From contig JAJHSB010000033.1 of the NCBI GenBank assembly GCA_022684035.1, positions 1-56,920 of the forward strand: DNA of 56,920 nucleotides, read 5' to 3'. This document shows, piece by piece, positions 40,545 to 50,012 of the stretch. The position numbers were made by a program, and so were the translations under genes. The notes under the pieces were generated by a model that was given only the letters and a program-made list of their open reading frames with translations, had not been told where the DNA came from and did not search any database. How positions within the stretch are numbered: the first letter of the stretch is position 1; each line of letters begins with the position of its first letter. The DNA comes from Candidatus Acetothermia bacterium. GTDB taxonomy: Bacteria; Bipolaricaulota; Bipolaricaulia; UBA7950.

Positions 40545-40900
40545 GAGTCTGCGAAGCAATCTCGTTAGTAGAGGCTTCTGGTTGCTGGTGGCTAGTAGCT
40601 GGTTTCTGGTTTCTGGTTTCTGGTTTCTGGTTTCTGGCTTCTGGTTCCTGACTACTGACTACTGACTACTGACTACTGACTACTGACTACTGACTACTGT
40701 CTTCTGATTCGGGATTGCCACGAGTTCTGCGAACTCTCGCAATGACAAGATAAAGAAGACACGCTATGCCTTTTCTGTCATTGCGAGTTCGCGAAGCAAT
40801 CCCAAACAGACAATTCTCGTTGAGGTGCAAAACAAACCCTTCGGGATTGCTTTATCGCTGCTTCCTCATTGCATTCGGGGCTACAGCTTCGCGCAATGAC
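40545..40900. repeat. Two adjacent palindromic MITE-like elements (40545-40746 containing the heptamer array; 40777-40900)
   Basis: GCGAAGCAATC ... GATTGCC/T ... CGCAATGAC termini, same family as 7440-7554. Confidence 0.8.
40578..40710. repeat. Compound heptamer tandem array, 19 units in register, including (CTGGTTT)5 and (CTGACTA)7
   Basis: Read directly; every unit starts CTG/CTA at 7-bp spacing. Confidence 0.95.
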
Positions 40901-40998
40901 GGAAAAGAAGGCCACGGTCTTACGTGTGGGTAAAAGTTTTTTCTACCTGTGCGGATCCACACCAGACAGGTTATTGCGATAAATACCATATCGGAATG

Positions 40999-41904
40999 CT
41001 AATTCTGTTTCTTTTTGCAAGTAAGAATTTTAATCGCCTGCGGAATAATATCTGCTGTATACTTGCCTGCCGGCAGGCTCAGTGGTTCACCGTCGATATG
41101 TGCAATCAGCGGTGCGGGAGAATCGATTGTGATCTGTTTATCCTGCCAGTGATGGACCTTAGAAAAGTTGATATGTTCGCCATTCCTTGCATAAGGAAGA
41201 TAGATTATCCGTTCTGGGATTGAGTAGTCACCAATTGCCCAGAGGTCGATCAACCCATCATTGATTTTGGCTGACGGTGCGAGATTGAATCCGCCACCAC
41301 AATATTTACCATTGGCGATATTGAGGGAGATATAGCGACGTTCGTCTTGCCAATCCGTACCACTCACGTGAGCGGAAAAAGCACGGAACGTCATTACTGC
41401 CTTCAATGACGCATACAAGTAGGCAGGTATGTCGCGCAACCATTTCATCTTCCGAACATTTTGCGCCACTTGCGCGTCGATTCCAATTCCAACACAGTTA
41501 ACAAAGTAGTGACTTCCCCCTACCCAATTGAACAATCCAAGGTCGACAGTCATTATCTCGTCTGAATGAAGGAGAGATACTGCCTGGATTGGATTGCGCG
41601 GAATACCGGTCATGCGAATAAAATCGTTTCCCATTCCGGCAGGAATGACACCGACGATAACGTCGCTATCCACCAAGCCGTTTATCACTTCGTTGATCGT
41701 TCCGTCGCCTCCCAGAGCGATGATACGTGAATAACCTGCGATAACCCCTTGTTGGGCCATTGCTGTTGCCTCGTGTGGTTGACGGGTACAATAGAGTTCA
41801 TAGCTGATGCCTAACCGTTCCAGTTCACGGCGCACCGGCGCAATCAACTTCTTGGCGCGACCACGCCCGGCAGTAAGATTAGCAATGATCAGAGATTTAT
41901 CCAT
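40999..41904 (-). CDS. Diacylglycerol/lipid kinase family protein (YegS/BmrU)
   Basis: IANLTAG, GGDGTINEV, IPAGMGNDF, GIDA, HIDGE. Start 41904 or 41940. Confidence 0.9.
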   Translation of the reverse strand: MDKSLIIANLTAGRGRAKKLIAPVRRELERLGISYELYCTRQPHEATAMAQQGVIAGYSRIIALGGDGTINEVINGLVDSDVIVGVIPAGMGNDFIRMTGIPRNPIQAVSLLHSDEIMTVDLGLFNWVGGSHYFVNCVGIGIDAQVAQNVRKMKWLRDIPAYLYASLKAVMTFRAFSAHVSGTDWQDERRYISLNIANGKYCGGGFNLAPSAKINDGLIDLWAIGDYSIPERIIYLPYARNGEHINFSKVHHWQDKQITIDSPAPLIAHIDGEPLSLPAGKYTADIIPQAIKILTCKKKQN

Positions 41905-41981
41905 AATTTGGATAGTATACTGTAAAAGCATCTGCGGCACGATCGTTGCATAGTTAGGCGGAACTGGTATACTGATCTTTT

Positions 41982-44576
41982 ATGAGCACACCGACGTCGA
42001 TGATGGACCAATATCTGCGAATAAAAGCAGCGCATCCTGATGCAATTTTGTTCTTCCATCTGGGGGATTTTTATGAGACTTTTTACGATGATGCTAAGTT
42101 GACGGCGCAGCGACTCGATATCGTCCTTACCGCACGGAACGGTATTCCTATGGCGGGAGTACCGGTAAAGAAAGTCGATATTTATCTCAACCGCCTCCTG
42201 CGGCATGGGCATAAAGTTGTGTTGTGTCAACAAGTTGAAGATGCCCAGAAAGCAACCGGGCTGGTCAAGCGGGAAGTAGTGCGGGTTATAACACCCGGCA
42301 CGATCCTCGACGATGAGGCGCTTGAGGTAGGAGTAAATAACTATCTCTGCGCAATCTATGCGAGTGAAGATGGTAATGGTATAGGAACAGCAGTTCTCGA
42401 TCTCTCTACTGGCGAGTATAGTTGTCAGGATCTGCCGAATATCGAGGAATTATGGAGTGAACTGGTTCGTCTTACTCCGGCGGAAATTTTGCTTTCCAAC
42501 AAGCAAGATCAGTTACGTACTACATTGCAAGCCAATCTTACTGGTCCATTGATCTCACTATCATCAGTTGCAATTACAGAAGTGCGGAGCGAAGAGTTTG
42601 ACCCTGAAGCGGTATCACGCTGGTTTGAGTTGGCCACCAGCGCGGAAATCAAAGCTCCGGCAGATTCTAACGGACTTAAAGCAGCCGGTGCGATTCTTGC
42701 CTATATCTCCCGCACGCAGCGCAGCCGTCTGCCTCATATCCGGCCGCTTCTTTATCGACGACCACAGGAAAGGATCAAACTCGATCCATTTACGCAACAT
42801 AGTTTGGAGTTAGTGCAGACAATGCGGGGTGAAAGCGGTCGTGGTACACTCATCGCTGTTCTCGATCAGACAACGACACAAATGGGACGGCGTCTACTGC
42901 GGCGATTCCTTCTGGCGCCTCTCACAGATCAAACGGCTATTAAGCGACGGTTGGACGCGGTAGAGGCGCTGCTGCGTAAAGAATTACTCCAGCAAGAATT
43001 AATCCAGCAACTTAAAAGAGTGAGTGATTTAGAACGACTGGCCGGAAAACTTGGGACTAAGCGGCTGACTCCCCGCGATCTATTAGCGATTGCTAATAGT
43101 TTAAAAGAGCTTCCTGCATTGCACAGCAGCGTGCAAGAAGCTATTGCCGATTCATCTTCCCATGCATTAGAAGAGATCGCTATCCATCTCCACGCACCAC
43201 AGTTGGAAAGACTGCGCTCTAATGTTGACGGAATAATCGTTGATGATCCCCCTGTTGACCCGCGGGAGGGGAACTTGATTCGAGATGGAGTGAATCAGCG
43301 ACTTGACTCACTGCGTGAGGAGGCACGTGCATACCGTTCCCAGATAGCGATGTTGGAACAAAGAGAGCGAGCACGGAGTGGTATCTCTTCTCTGAAAGTC
43401 GGATATAACCGCGTATTTGGCTATTACATCGAAGTAACAACAGCCAATCTCGACAAGGTTCCACCTGACTATACACGGCGACAGACATTAGCCAATGCAG
43501 AGCGATTTATCACCGAAGAATTAAAAGATTATGAACAGAAGATCGCGTTGACTGCGGAACGAATAAACGCATTGGAACATGAGATATTCGCTGCTACAGT
43601 AGAGAAACTGACTGCACAGCTCGAAGTGCTACAAAAAGTCGCTGATGCGCTCGCCGCGCTCGATGTCTATCTCTCTCTGGCGATTGTCGCCGGCCGATAT
43701 GGCTACACACGCCCGCAATTTACTGCGCAACATCGGATCAAGATTCTCGACGGTCGTCACCCCGTAGTAGAACAGGTAACAGAATTCGTTCCTAATGACC
43801 TTATTATGGATGAGAGAATACACCTGGTTATTCTTACTGGTCCGAATATGGCAGGAAAATCCGTCTATCTCCGCCAGGCAGCGCTGATTAGTCTGATGGC
43901 ACAGATGGGATCGTTCGTTCCGGCTAAAGAAGCGCTCTTACCTGTTTTAACGCGTATCTTCACTCGCATCGGAGCAACTGATATGGTAGCAGAAGGCCGG
44001 AGTACATTTATGATGGAAATGTTAGAAACAGTGTCGATTTTGCGTAATGCCGATCGTAACTCTCTGATCATCCTCGACGAGCTGGGGCGTGGAACGAGTA
44101 CCTTTGATGGCGTATCAATCGCCTGGGCCGTGGCACGCAAATTGGCTACCACCATCAAAGCAAAGACCCTTTTCGCTACTCATTACCATGAACTGACCAA
44201 ACTGGCAGATGAAATTCCCGGCGTTAGTAACTCGCATATTGTCGTACAAGAAGTAGGAAGCGAAATAGTCTTTCTCCACCGCGTGGAAGAGGGAACCGCT
44301 ACCGGAAGCTATGGGATTCATGTTGCCCGGCTGGCCGGTTTACCCAAAGATGTGATCGCTACTGCAGACGAAATATTGGCCAAATTAACCAGCAATAATT
44401 TGTTCAGTGCACTCGGTGATGCGCAAAGCAAGAAACTGAGAGCAGATTGCGTCCAATTACCGCTATTTGGTACTGAAGACCATCCTGTTCTTAAGTCTCT
44501 ACAAAAGATCGATCCTAATCAACTTACCCCACTGCAAGCGCTGGAGTTACTTGCTAAATTGAAGCAGCAGTTGTAA
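41982..44576 (+). CDS. mutS: DNA mismatch repair protein MutS
   Basis: GDFYETF, TGPNMAGKS, STFM, DELGRGT, FATHYHEL, SYGIHVA. Confidence 0.97.
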   Translation: MSTPTSMMDQYLRIKAAHPDAILFFHLGDFYETFYDDAKLTAQRLDIVLTARNGIPMAGVPVKKVDIYLNRLLRHGHKVVLCQQVEDAQKATGLVKREVVRVITPGTILDDEALEVGVNNYLCAIYASEDGNGIGTAVLDLSTGEYSCQDLPNIEELWSELVRLTPAEILLSNKQDQLRTTLQANLTGPLISLSSVAITEVRSEEFDPEAVSRWFELATSAEIKAPADSNGLKAAGAILAYISRTQRSRLPHIRPLLYRRPQERIKLDPFTQHSLELVQTMRGESGRGTLIAVLDQTTTQMGRRLLRRFLLAPLTDQTAIKRRLDAVEALLRKELLQQELIQQLKRVSDLERLAGKLGTKRLTPRDLLAIANSLKELPALHSSVQEAIADSSSHALEEIAIHLHAPQLERLRSNVDGIIVDDPPVDPREGNLIRDGVNQRLDSLREEARAYRSQIAMLEQRERARSGISSLKVGYNRVFGYYIEVTTANLDKVPPDYTRRQTLANAERFITEELKDYEQKIALTAERINALEHEIFAATVEKLTAQLEVLQKVADALAALDVYLSLAIVAGRYGYTRPQFTAQHRIKILDGRHPVVEQVTEFVPNDLIMDERIHLVILTGPNMAGKSVYLRQAALISLMAQMGSFVPAKEALLPVLTRIFTRIGATDMVAEGRSTFMMEMLETVSILRNADRNSLIILDELGRGTSTFDGVSIAWAVARKLATTIKAKTLFATHYHELTKLADEIPGVSNSHIVVQEVGSEIVFLHRVEEGTATGSYGIHVARLAGLPKDVIATADEILAKLTSNNLFSALGDAQSKKLRADCVQLPLFGTEDHPVLKSLQKIDPNQLTPLQALELLAKLKQQL

Positions 44577-44675
44577 CGATCCCTGTCGGCAATGAACAGA
44601 GGAGAGATTCGGCGCTGGGATATCTTGCGCTGCGAATCTATATCAATCGTGAGGTGAACTTGCCAGAACCGATAC

Positions 44676-44704
44676 TTGACTTAGCGTAAATTAGCGAATA
44701 AACT
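44676..44704 (+). promoter_or_regulatory. Putative promoter upstream of structured leader and beta-helix gene
   Basis: TTGACT-17-TAAACT. Confidence 0.45.
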
Positions 44705-44905
44705 GAGATAAGATTTCTACCGCATCTCCTCCACTTTATCAGAGAATGTGTCATTAGTAACAGTTACTTTAAGAGTATGGGTCGTATGTTACAGCGCAGC
44801 GTGGAGAAGGCTTAAGCGGTGATATAAACTTTTGATCAGATCCTGTTGTTGAACGTATTCACCCGCCTAAATTTAAGGAATATAAAAAGTAAAAAAGAGG
44901 TAACG

Positions 44906-45460
44906 ATGAAGAGATATTACGTTACGTTAACGGTGCTGGCAGCGCTCCTTGCGATCACGATCATTGGGATAGGAGAGCAGAGGCCAACTTATACAATCTT
45001 CGTCCAGCCAGAGGAGTCGATCCAGGAGGCGATCGACAGGGCACCCGAAGGAGCGGTGATCTACCTTTGGGAAGGAACCTGGCAGGAGAATATCAAGATC
45101 ACAAAGCCCCTTACCCTGCGAGGTCAGGGGCCGGAGAATACGGTGATCAAAGCCGTTGAAGCAGGGCCGCTGGTAGAGATCGAAGGGGAAGGAATCTAAG
45201 TGGTCCTTAAAGGCCTAATGATCACCGGCGCACATGGTTGGAATGAGCAAGGTGTAGAGGTTCGAGGCAGTGCCCATGCCACGATCGAGAATAACCTGAT
45301 CCACAGGAACACCCACTATGGAATGGCCTTAAAGGTTTTCACCGGCTATGTCGCCGGCAAGGGCAACACGATCCAGGAGAACGGCAGAGGCGACGTCTAC
45401 CCTGAGAAGCTCCTCTTCCTCGCCACTGAGGAAGGTGGCGCTCTCGATCGCCGGAAGTAA
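44906..45460 (+). pseudogene. Secreted right-handed beta-helix (pectin-lyase-like/NosD-like) protein with in-frame TAA at 45197-45199
   Basis: Signal peptide, SIQEAIDRAPEGAVI...GTWQENI.I.KPLTLRG; frame continues directly after TAA with VVLKGLMITG...IENNLI. Confidence 0.75.
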
Positions 45461-45701
45461 CCCCGGTTAGGTCACATTCATATAGTTAAACTAAAGGAGG
45501 ATAAAAAGAAGTCATAAAAATAGAGACATATTACATTGAAAACTGTAATTTACATTGTTATGAAGTTACATGAGGAAAGAAGAATCTTGTGTAATTTCTA
45601 GTAAAGATTCTCTGTGTCCTCTGCGGTTAACTCTTTGTGGTTAATTCTTTGACAATACAATACAATACTTTTGGAATATATGGGAGGATAAAGAAAGAAT
45701 A

Positions 45702-47177
45702 ATGGAGACAGAGCTCAGCGATCAACGATTGCCGGAAGAAGAATTTCTCGGCATGCGTAAAAAAGTTCTCTCTCAATGGCCGACAGGTCAAGAGGTAGAT
45801 ATAGAAGAGGCAATCTCTTACCATAACAAACTTCCCGACAAAAAAAACGTGGCGGCAGTACTGATGCGTGCTGTCAGCTGTGGAGAGACTCTCATTCAAC
45901 CCCGAGCTGGAGTAACTCTTCTCGAAGACCAGATAAAACTCCTTCGTTATCTGCAAGATGAGGGCGGAGCTGACATTCTTCCGACGACAATCGACAGTTA
46001 TACCCGTCAAAATCAGTATGACGCAGCCCAAAAAGGGATCGAAATGAGCAAAAATATGGGACGTTCAGTGCTCAATGGATTTCCGGCGGTCAACTACGGT
46101 GTTGGTGCGTGTCGTCGTCTGGTAGAGGAGCTTGACCGGCCGCTGCAAATTCGTCATGGCACCCCTGATGCTCGCTTACTGGCAGAGATCTCCCTTGCCG
46201 GCGGATTCACTGACTTTGAGGGAGGGGGGATCGGTTATAATATTCCCTATGCGAAAGATATCTCACTTGAATCTACGGTTACTGCCTGGCAATACGTCGA
46301 TCGGTTAGTCGGTTATTATTATGAGCATGGAATAGCGATCAACCGCGAACTGTACGGAACACTGACCGGCACTTTGATTCCCCCGTCGATTTCCCACGTT
46401 GTCGGAATTATTGAAGGAGTTTTAGCGGCCAAACAAGGAGTAAAATCCATCACCTTCGGTTGCGGGCAGAATGGACATTTCTTACAAGATATAGCATCCA
46501 TCCAAACATTACAGGAGATAGCAACCGAATATCTGGCACAGGAAGGATTCCCCGATGTACTGGTGACAACGGTTTTTCATCAATGGATGGGTGGTTTCCC
46601 GCCGGATGAGGCACGGGCATTTGCAGTGATCGCCTGGGGCGCAGTTGTAGCCGCGTTAGCCAAAGCAAATAAGATAATCGTGAAAACTCCACATGAAGCA
46701 GTCGGAATTCCAACAAAAGAGGCGAATGCGCAAGGGCTAAGAGCAACCAAGCAGATTGTGGAGATGCTCAAAGCACAATCAATTGAACAGACAAAGAAGA
46801 TGGACATAGAAAAGAGAATGATCAGATCTGAAGTAAAACAGATGATTGATAAAGTATTGGAAGTGGGAGAGGGTGATTGGGCGAAGGGAGCTGTGAGAGG
46901 GTTTGCGGCGGGAATCATTGATGTGCCGTTTGCTCCCAGCCGGTATACACGTGGAACTATGCTGCCGGCACGTGACTCAGAAGGCGCGATCAGATTCCTC
47001 GATTTCGGTAATCTGCCCTTTGATCAAGAGGTGAAAGAATTTCATCGCGAGAAAATAACTGCGAGAGGAAAGAAAGAAGATCGCGAACCTAACTTCCAGA
47101 TGGTCATAGATGACGTATATGCCATTGGGCAGGGACGTCTGGTCGGTCTTCCGCAAGCGAAAAGAGCAGCGAGATGA
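45702..47177 (+). CDS. glmE: Glutamate (methylaspartate) mutase E subunit
   Basis: QPRAGV, LPTTIDSYTRQN, LNGFPAVNYG, RHGTPDARLL, VKTPHEA. Confidence 0.95.
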   Translation: METELSDQRLPEEEFLGMRKKVLSQWPTGQEVDIEEAISYHNKLPDKKNVAAVLMRAVSCGETLIQPRAGVTLLEDQIKLLRYLQDEGGADILPTTIDSYTRQNQYDAAQKGIEMSKNMGRSVLNGFPAVNYGVGACRRLVEELDRPLQIRHGTPDARLLAEISLAGGFTDFEGGGIGYNIPYAKDISLESTVTAWQYVDRLVGYYYEHGIAINRELYGTLTGTLIPPSISHVVGIIEGVLAAKQGVKSITFGCGQNGHFLQDIASIQTLQEIATEYLAQEGFPDVLVTTVFHQWMGGFPPDEARAFAVIAWGAVVAALAKANKIIVKTPHEAVGIPTKEANAQGLRATKQIVEMLKAQSIEQTKKMDIEKRMIRSEVKQMIDKVLEVGEGDWAKGAVRGFAAGIIDVPFAPSRYTRGTMLPARDSEGAIRFLDFGNLPFDQEVKEFHREKITARGKKEDREPNFQMVIDDVYAIGQGRLVGLPQAKRAAR

Positions 47178-48427
47178 AGATCACCAACGTACTGGCTTCC
47201 CCTGGATTGACCGGCTTCTATTTCGATGATCAGAAGGCAATTAAAGCCGATGCGCAGCCGGATGGTTTTACTTATCGTGGCAAACCGTTGACAGCAGGGT
47301 TTAGAGAGATCCGCCAACAAGGAGAATCGATATCGATCATCCTCATACTATCAGATGGACAGATAGCATACGGCGATTGTGCTGCGGTTCAATATTCCGG
47401 CACAGGTGGCCGTGATCCACTCTTCCTTGCACGCCATTATCTTCCGCTGATTGAAAAAGATTTGGCTCCGACTCTCGTGGGACGGAGACTCTCTTCATTT
47501 AGAGAGATTACCACCGAATACGATGCTTTCCGCCTCAGTAATGGAGATTCTCTTCATACCGCCATCCGCTACGGAATATCGCAAGCATTACTCGATGCAA
47601 CAGCAAAAGCACGGAGAGTGACAATGACGGAGGTAATCATTGAGGAATACGGACTCTCCTGGAACGAGATCAAGCCGGTTCCCATCTTCGCTCAGACAGG
47701 AGATGATCGCTACACCGGTGCAGATAAAGCGATTCTCAAACGGGTACAGGTTCTTCCCCATGGACTTATTAACAATGTGTGCGACAAATTAGGCTCACAA
47801 GGTGAGTTGTTACATGAGTATATTCGTTGGTTAAAGAACCGTTGCATCGCTCTGGGAGGCAGAACGTATAAGCCGATATTTCATATCGATGTTTACGGGA
47901 CGATCGGACTCCTCTTTGAGAATGATATCCCACGCATCGCTGAATACCTATTGAAATTGGAAGAGGCAGCTGCGCCCCATCGACTGCGCATCGAAGGGCC
48001 ACTCGATGCCGGTGGTAAAGAGGAACAGATTAAGCAGCTATATCAGCTCAAAGAGGAGATTCACCACCGCGGCGGGAGAGTGGAAATTGTCGCTGATGAG
48101 TGGTGTAATACTTTACAAGATATACGTGAATTCGCCGCTGCCGCGGCAGCTGATGTAATTCAGATCAAGACACCGGATTTAGGCGGAATAGACAATACAA
48201 TTGAAGCGATCATCTACTGTAAAGAGAAAGGAGTAGGCGCCTACTTGGGTGGAACGAGCAATGAGACCGATCGCTCCGCCCAGGTGTGCACCCATATCGC
48301 CTTGGCGTTGCAACCCGACCAGATACTTGCTAAACCAGGAATGGGAGTTGATGAAGGACTGATGATCGTCTTCAATGAGATGCAGAGAACTCTGGCATTG
48401 CTGGAGTATCGCCGCGCAATAAGGTAG
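47174..48427 (+). CDS. mal: Methylaspartate ammonia-lyase
   Basis: GFYFDDQ, GDCAAVQYSG, HTAIRYG, HIDVYG, VADEWCN, QIKTPDLG, AKPGMG. Confidence 0.95.
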   Translation: MKITNVLASPGLTGFYFDDQKAIKADAQPDGFTYRGKPLTAGFREIRQQGESISIILILSDGQIAYGDCAAVQYSGTGGRDPLFLARHYLPLIEKDLAPTLVGRRLSSFREITTEYDAFRLSNGDSLHTAIRYGISQALLDATAKARRVTMTEVIIEEYGLSWNEIKPVPIFAQTGDDRYTGADKAILKRVQVLPHGLINNVCDKLGSQGELLHEYIRWLKNRCIALGGRTYKPIFHIDVYGTIGLLFENDIPRIAEYLLKLEEAAAPHRLRIEGPLDAGGKEEQIKQLYQLKEEIHHRGGRVEIVADEWCNTLQDIREFAAAAAADVIQIKTPDLGGIDNTIEAIIYCKEKGVGAYLGGTSNETDRSAQVCTHIALALQPDQILAKPGMGVDEGLMIVFNEMQRTLALLEYRRAIR

Positions 48428-48565
48428 AATGTAGAAGGCTACTACAACCTTCGGTCTTCAACCTAAATGGCTGCATAACTTACAATATGGCGTCGTTTAA
48501 GGTTATAAAATAATGTAACACGATAGTGGTTAAGATAGCGAACTTCTTTTATTCCAGGAGGGAAA

Positions 48566-49681
48566 GTGAAAATAACATTAAGCGCAATCAAAGCAGATAT
48601 TGGCAGTATTGGAGGACATATTGCCCCCAGTGTCGATCTCTTAATGGAAGTAGAAACATATATTGACAAAGCAGTAGGAGATCTGGTCTTCGACTATTTT
48701 ATCAGTAATATCGGTGATGATATCACAATCCTTCTTAGTCATGAGCACGGTTCAGATAGCGAAAAGATCCACCGGTTAGCGTGGGATGCGTTCCACGCTG
48801 GAACAGAGGTTGCTAAAGAACAAGGCTTGTACGGAGCAGGGCAAGATTTGCTTGCCGACTCATTCGCCGGGAATATTTGCGGGTTGGGCCCTGGAATCGC
48901 TGAGATGACCTTTGACGAGCGGGAGAATGAGCCGTTCCTCCTCATAGCCGCAGATAAAACAGAGCCGGGAGCATTCAACTTGCCTCTTTATCTGGGATTT
49001 GCTGATCCGATGTATAACTCCGGCCTAATCCTCGCGCCGGCGATGAGCAAAGGTTTCTCTTTTACCGTGATCGATGTCTCACACATAAAGGGTGATCGAG
49101 TGATCGAACTGGTAACCCCGGAAGAGATGTACGATCTCGTTGCGCTATTACGTGATAATGGTCGTTTCGTCGTAGAATCGATTCATACGCGTACTACCGG
49201 CGAGCAAGTTGTGGCGTGCAGTACTACTCGTCTACGGAACATCGCCGGCAAATATGTCGGTAAAGATGATCCTATTATGCTCATTCGCACGCAGAAAGAT
49301 TTTCCCGCTACTGGAGAGATCATTGCACCGTATGAAATCGGCCATCTTGTGGCAGGTTCTATGCGTGGTAGTCACACCGGGCCATTGATGCCGGTAAAGG
49401 GAGGCAGTGGAATATCCTTCTTCGATGGACCGCCGAGTGTCTCTTGCCTGGCGTTTTGCGTTCACAATGGAATTCTCACTGAACCAAGCGATCTCTTTGA
49501 ACATCCCTACTGGGACTGGGTGAGAAATAATATTTGCACCAAAGCACATGAGATCAGACGACAGGGGTTCTCCGGCGCAGCGATGCTCCCTTACTCGGAC
49601 TTAGAGTATGGAGGTATCACTAAGCGGATGAAAGAATTGGAAAATAAGTTTACAGTAAGAAGCCAACGAGTATTGACCTGA
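48566..49681 (+). CDS. fbp: Fructose-1,6-bisphosphate aldolase/phosphatase (class V, archaeal type)
   Basis: IKADIGS, GLYGAGQDLL, ADKTEPGAFN, YVGKDDP, MRGSH. Confidence 0.93.
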   Translation: MKITLSAIKADIGSIGGHIAPSVDLLMEVETYIDKAVGDLVFDYFISNIGDDITILLSHEHGSDSEKIHRLAWDAFHAGTEVAKEQGLYGAGQDLLADSFAGNICGLGPGIAEMTFDERENEPFLLIAADKTEPGAFNLPLYLGFADPMYNSGLILAPAMSKGFSFTVIDVSHIKGDRVIELVTPEEMYDLVALLRDNGRFVVESIHTRTTGEQVVACSTTRLRNIAGKYVGKDDPIMLIRTQKDFPATGEIIAPYEIGHLVAGSMRGSHTGPLMPVKGGSGISFFDGPPSVSCLAFCVHNGILTEPSDLFEHPYWDWVRNNICTKAHEIRRQGFSGAAMLPYSDLEYGGITKRMKELENKFTVRSQRVLT

Positions 49682-49717
49682 TATCGCACTATTGCAATAC
49701 GCAAAGTTAGAATAAAC

Positions 49718-49990
49718 GGATCATCTCCAAAAAAGTTGGTAAGATCATGAGGATTCGAGGGGTCAAGGGGTCAAGGGGTCAAGCGGAATACTTGAACCCT
49801 TGAATCCTCGAACCATATATATAGCTTATGGTTCAAACTGCGAATTAGAAACTCAAATACTGCTATCTGGAGATTTAGGTTATATTAAAGCTGAAGAGAA
49901 ATTAAAGAAACTTCAGGTAGATATAGGAGAAGTTGAAAGAATCCTTAAGGCACTAATAAAATTCTTAGAAAATAAGCCCTTGAATCCTTT
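49718..49990 (+). mobile_element. Truncated four-helix-bundle (23S rRNA IVP / Avd-like) gene cassette with 8-bp repeats
   Basis: (GGGGTCAA)3 at 49759-49782 and inverted CTTGAACCCTTGAATCCTCGAACC; encodes only the C-terminal half YIAYGSNCELETQILLSGDLGYI...LIKFLENKPLNP. Confidence 0.75.
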
Positions 49991-50012
49991 CTATCTATAT
50001 TGGGAGAAAACG

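Noticed and set aside
40578-40710. Possible CRISPR array
   Set aside because: Units are 7-bp tandem repeats without unique spacers; no cas genes.
41982-44576. mutS as the glutamate mutase S subunit next to glmE (mutE)
   Set aside because: Name coincidence; this is the 864-aa mismatch-repair ATPase.
45197-45199. Stop-codon recoding or alternative genetic code
   Set aside because: Codon is TAA, and TAA, TAG and TGA all act as normal stops elsewhere in the window.
49718-49990. Diversity-generating retroelement (Avd-like protein)
   Set aside because: No reverse transcriptase and no TR/VR pair with adenine-specific mismatches seen in the window.
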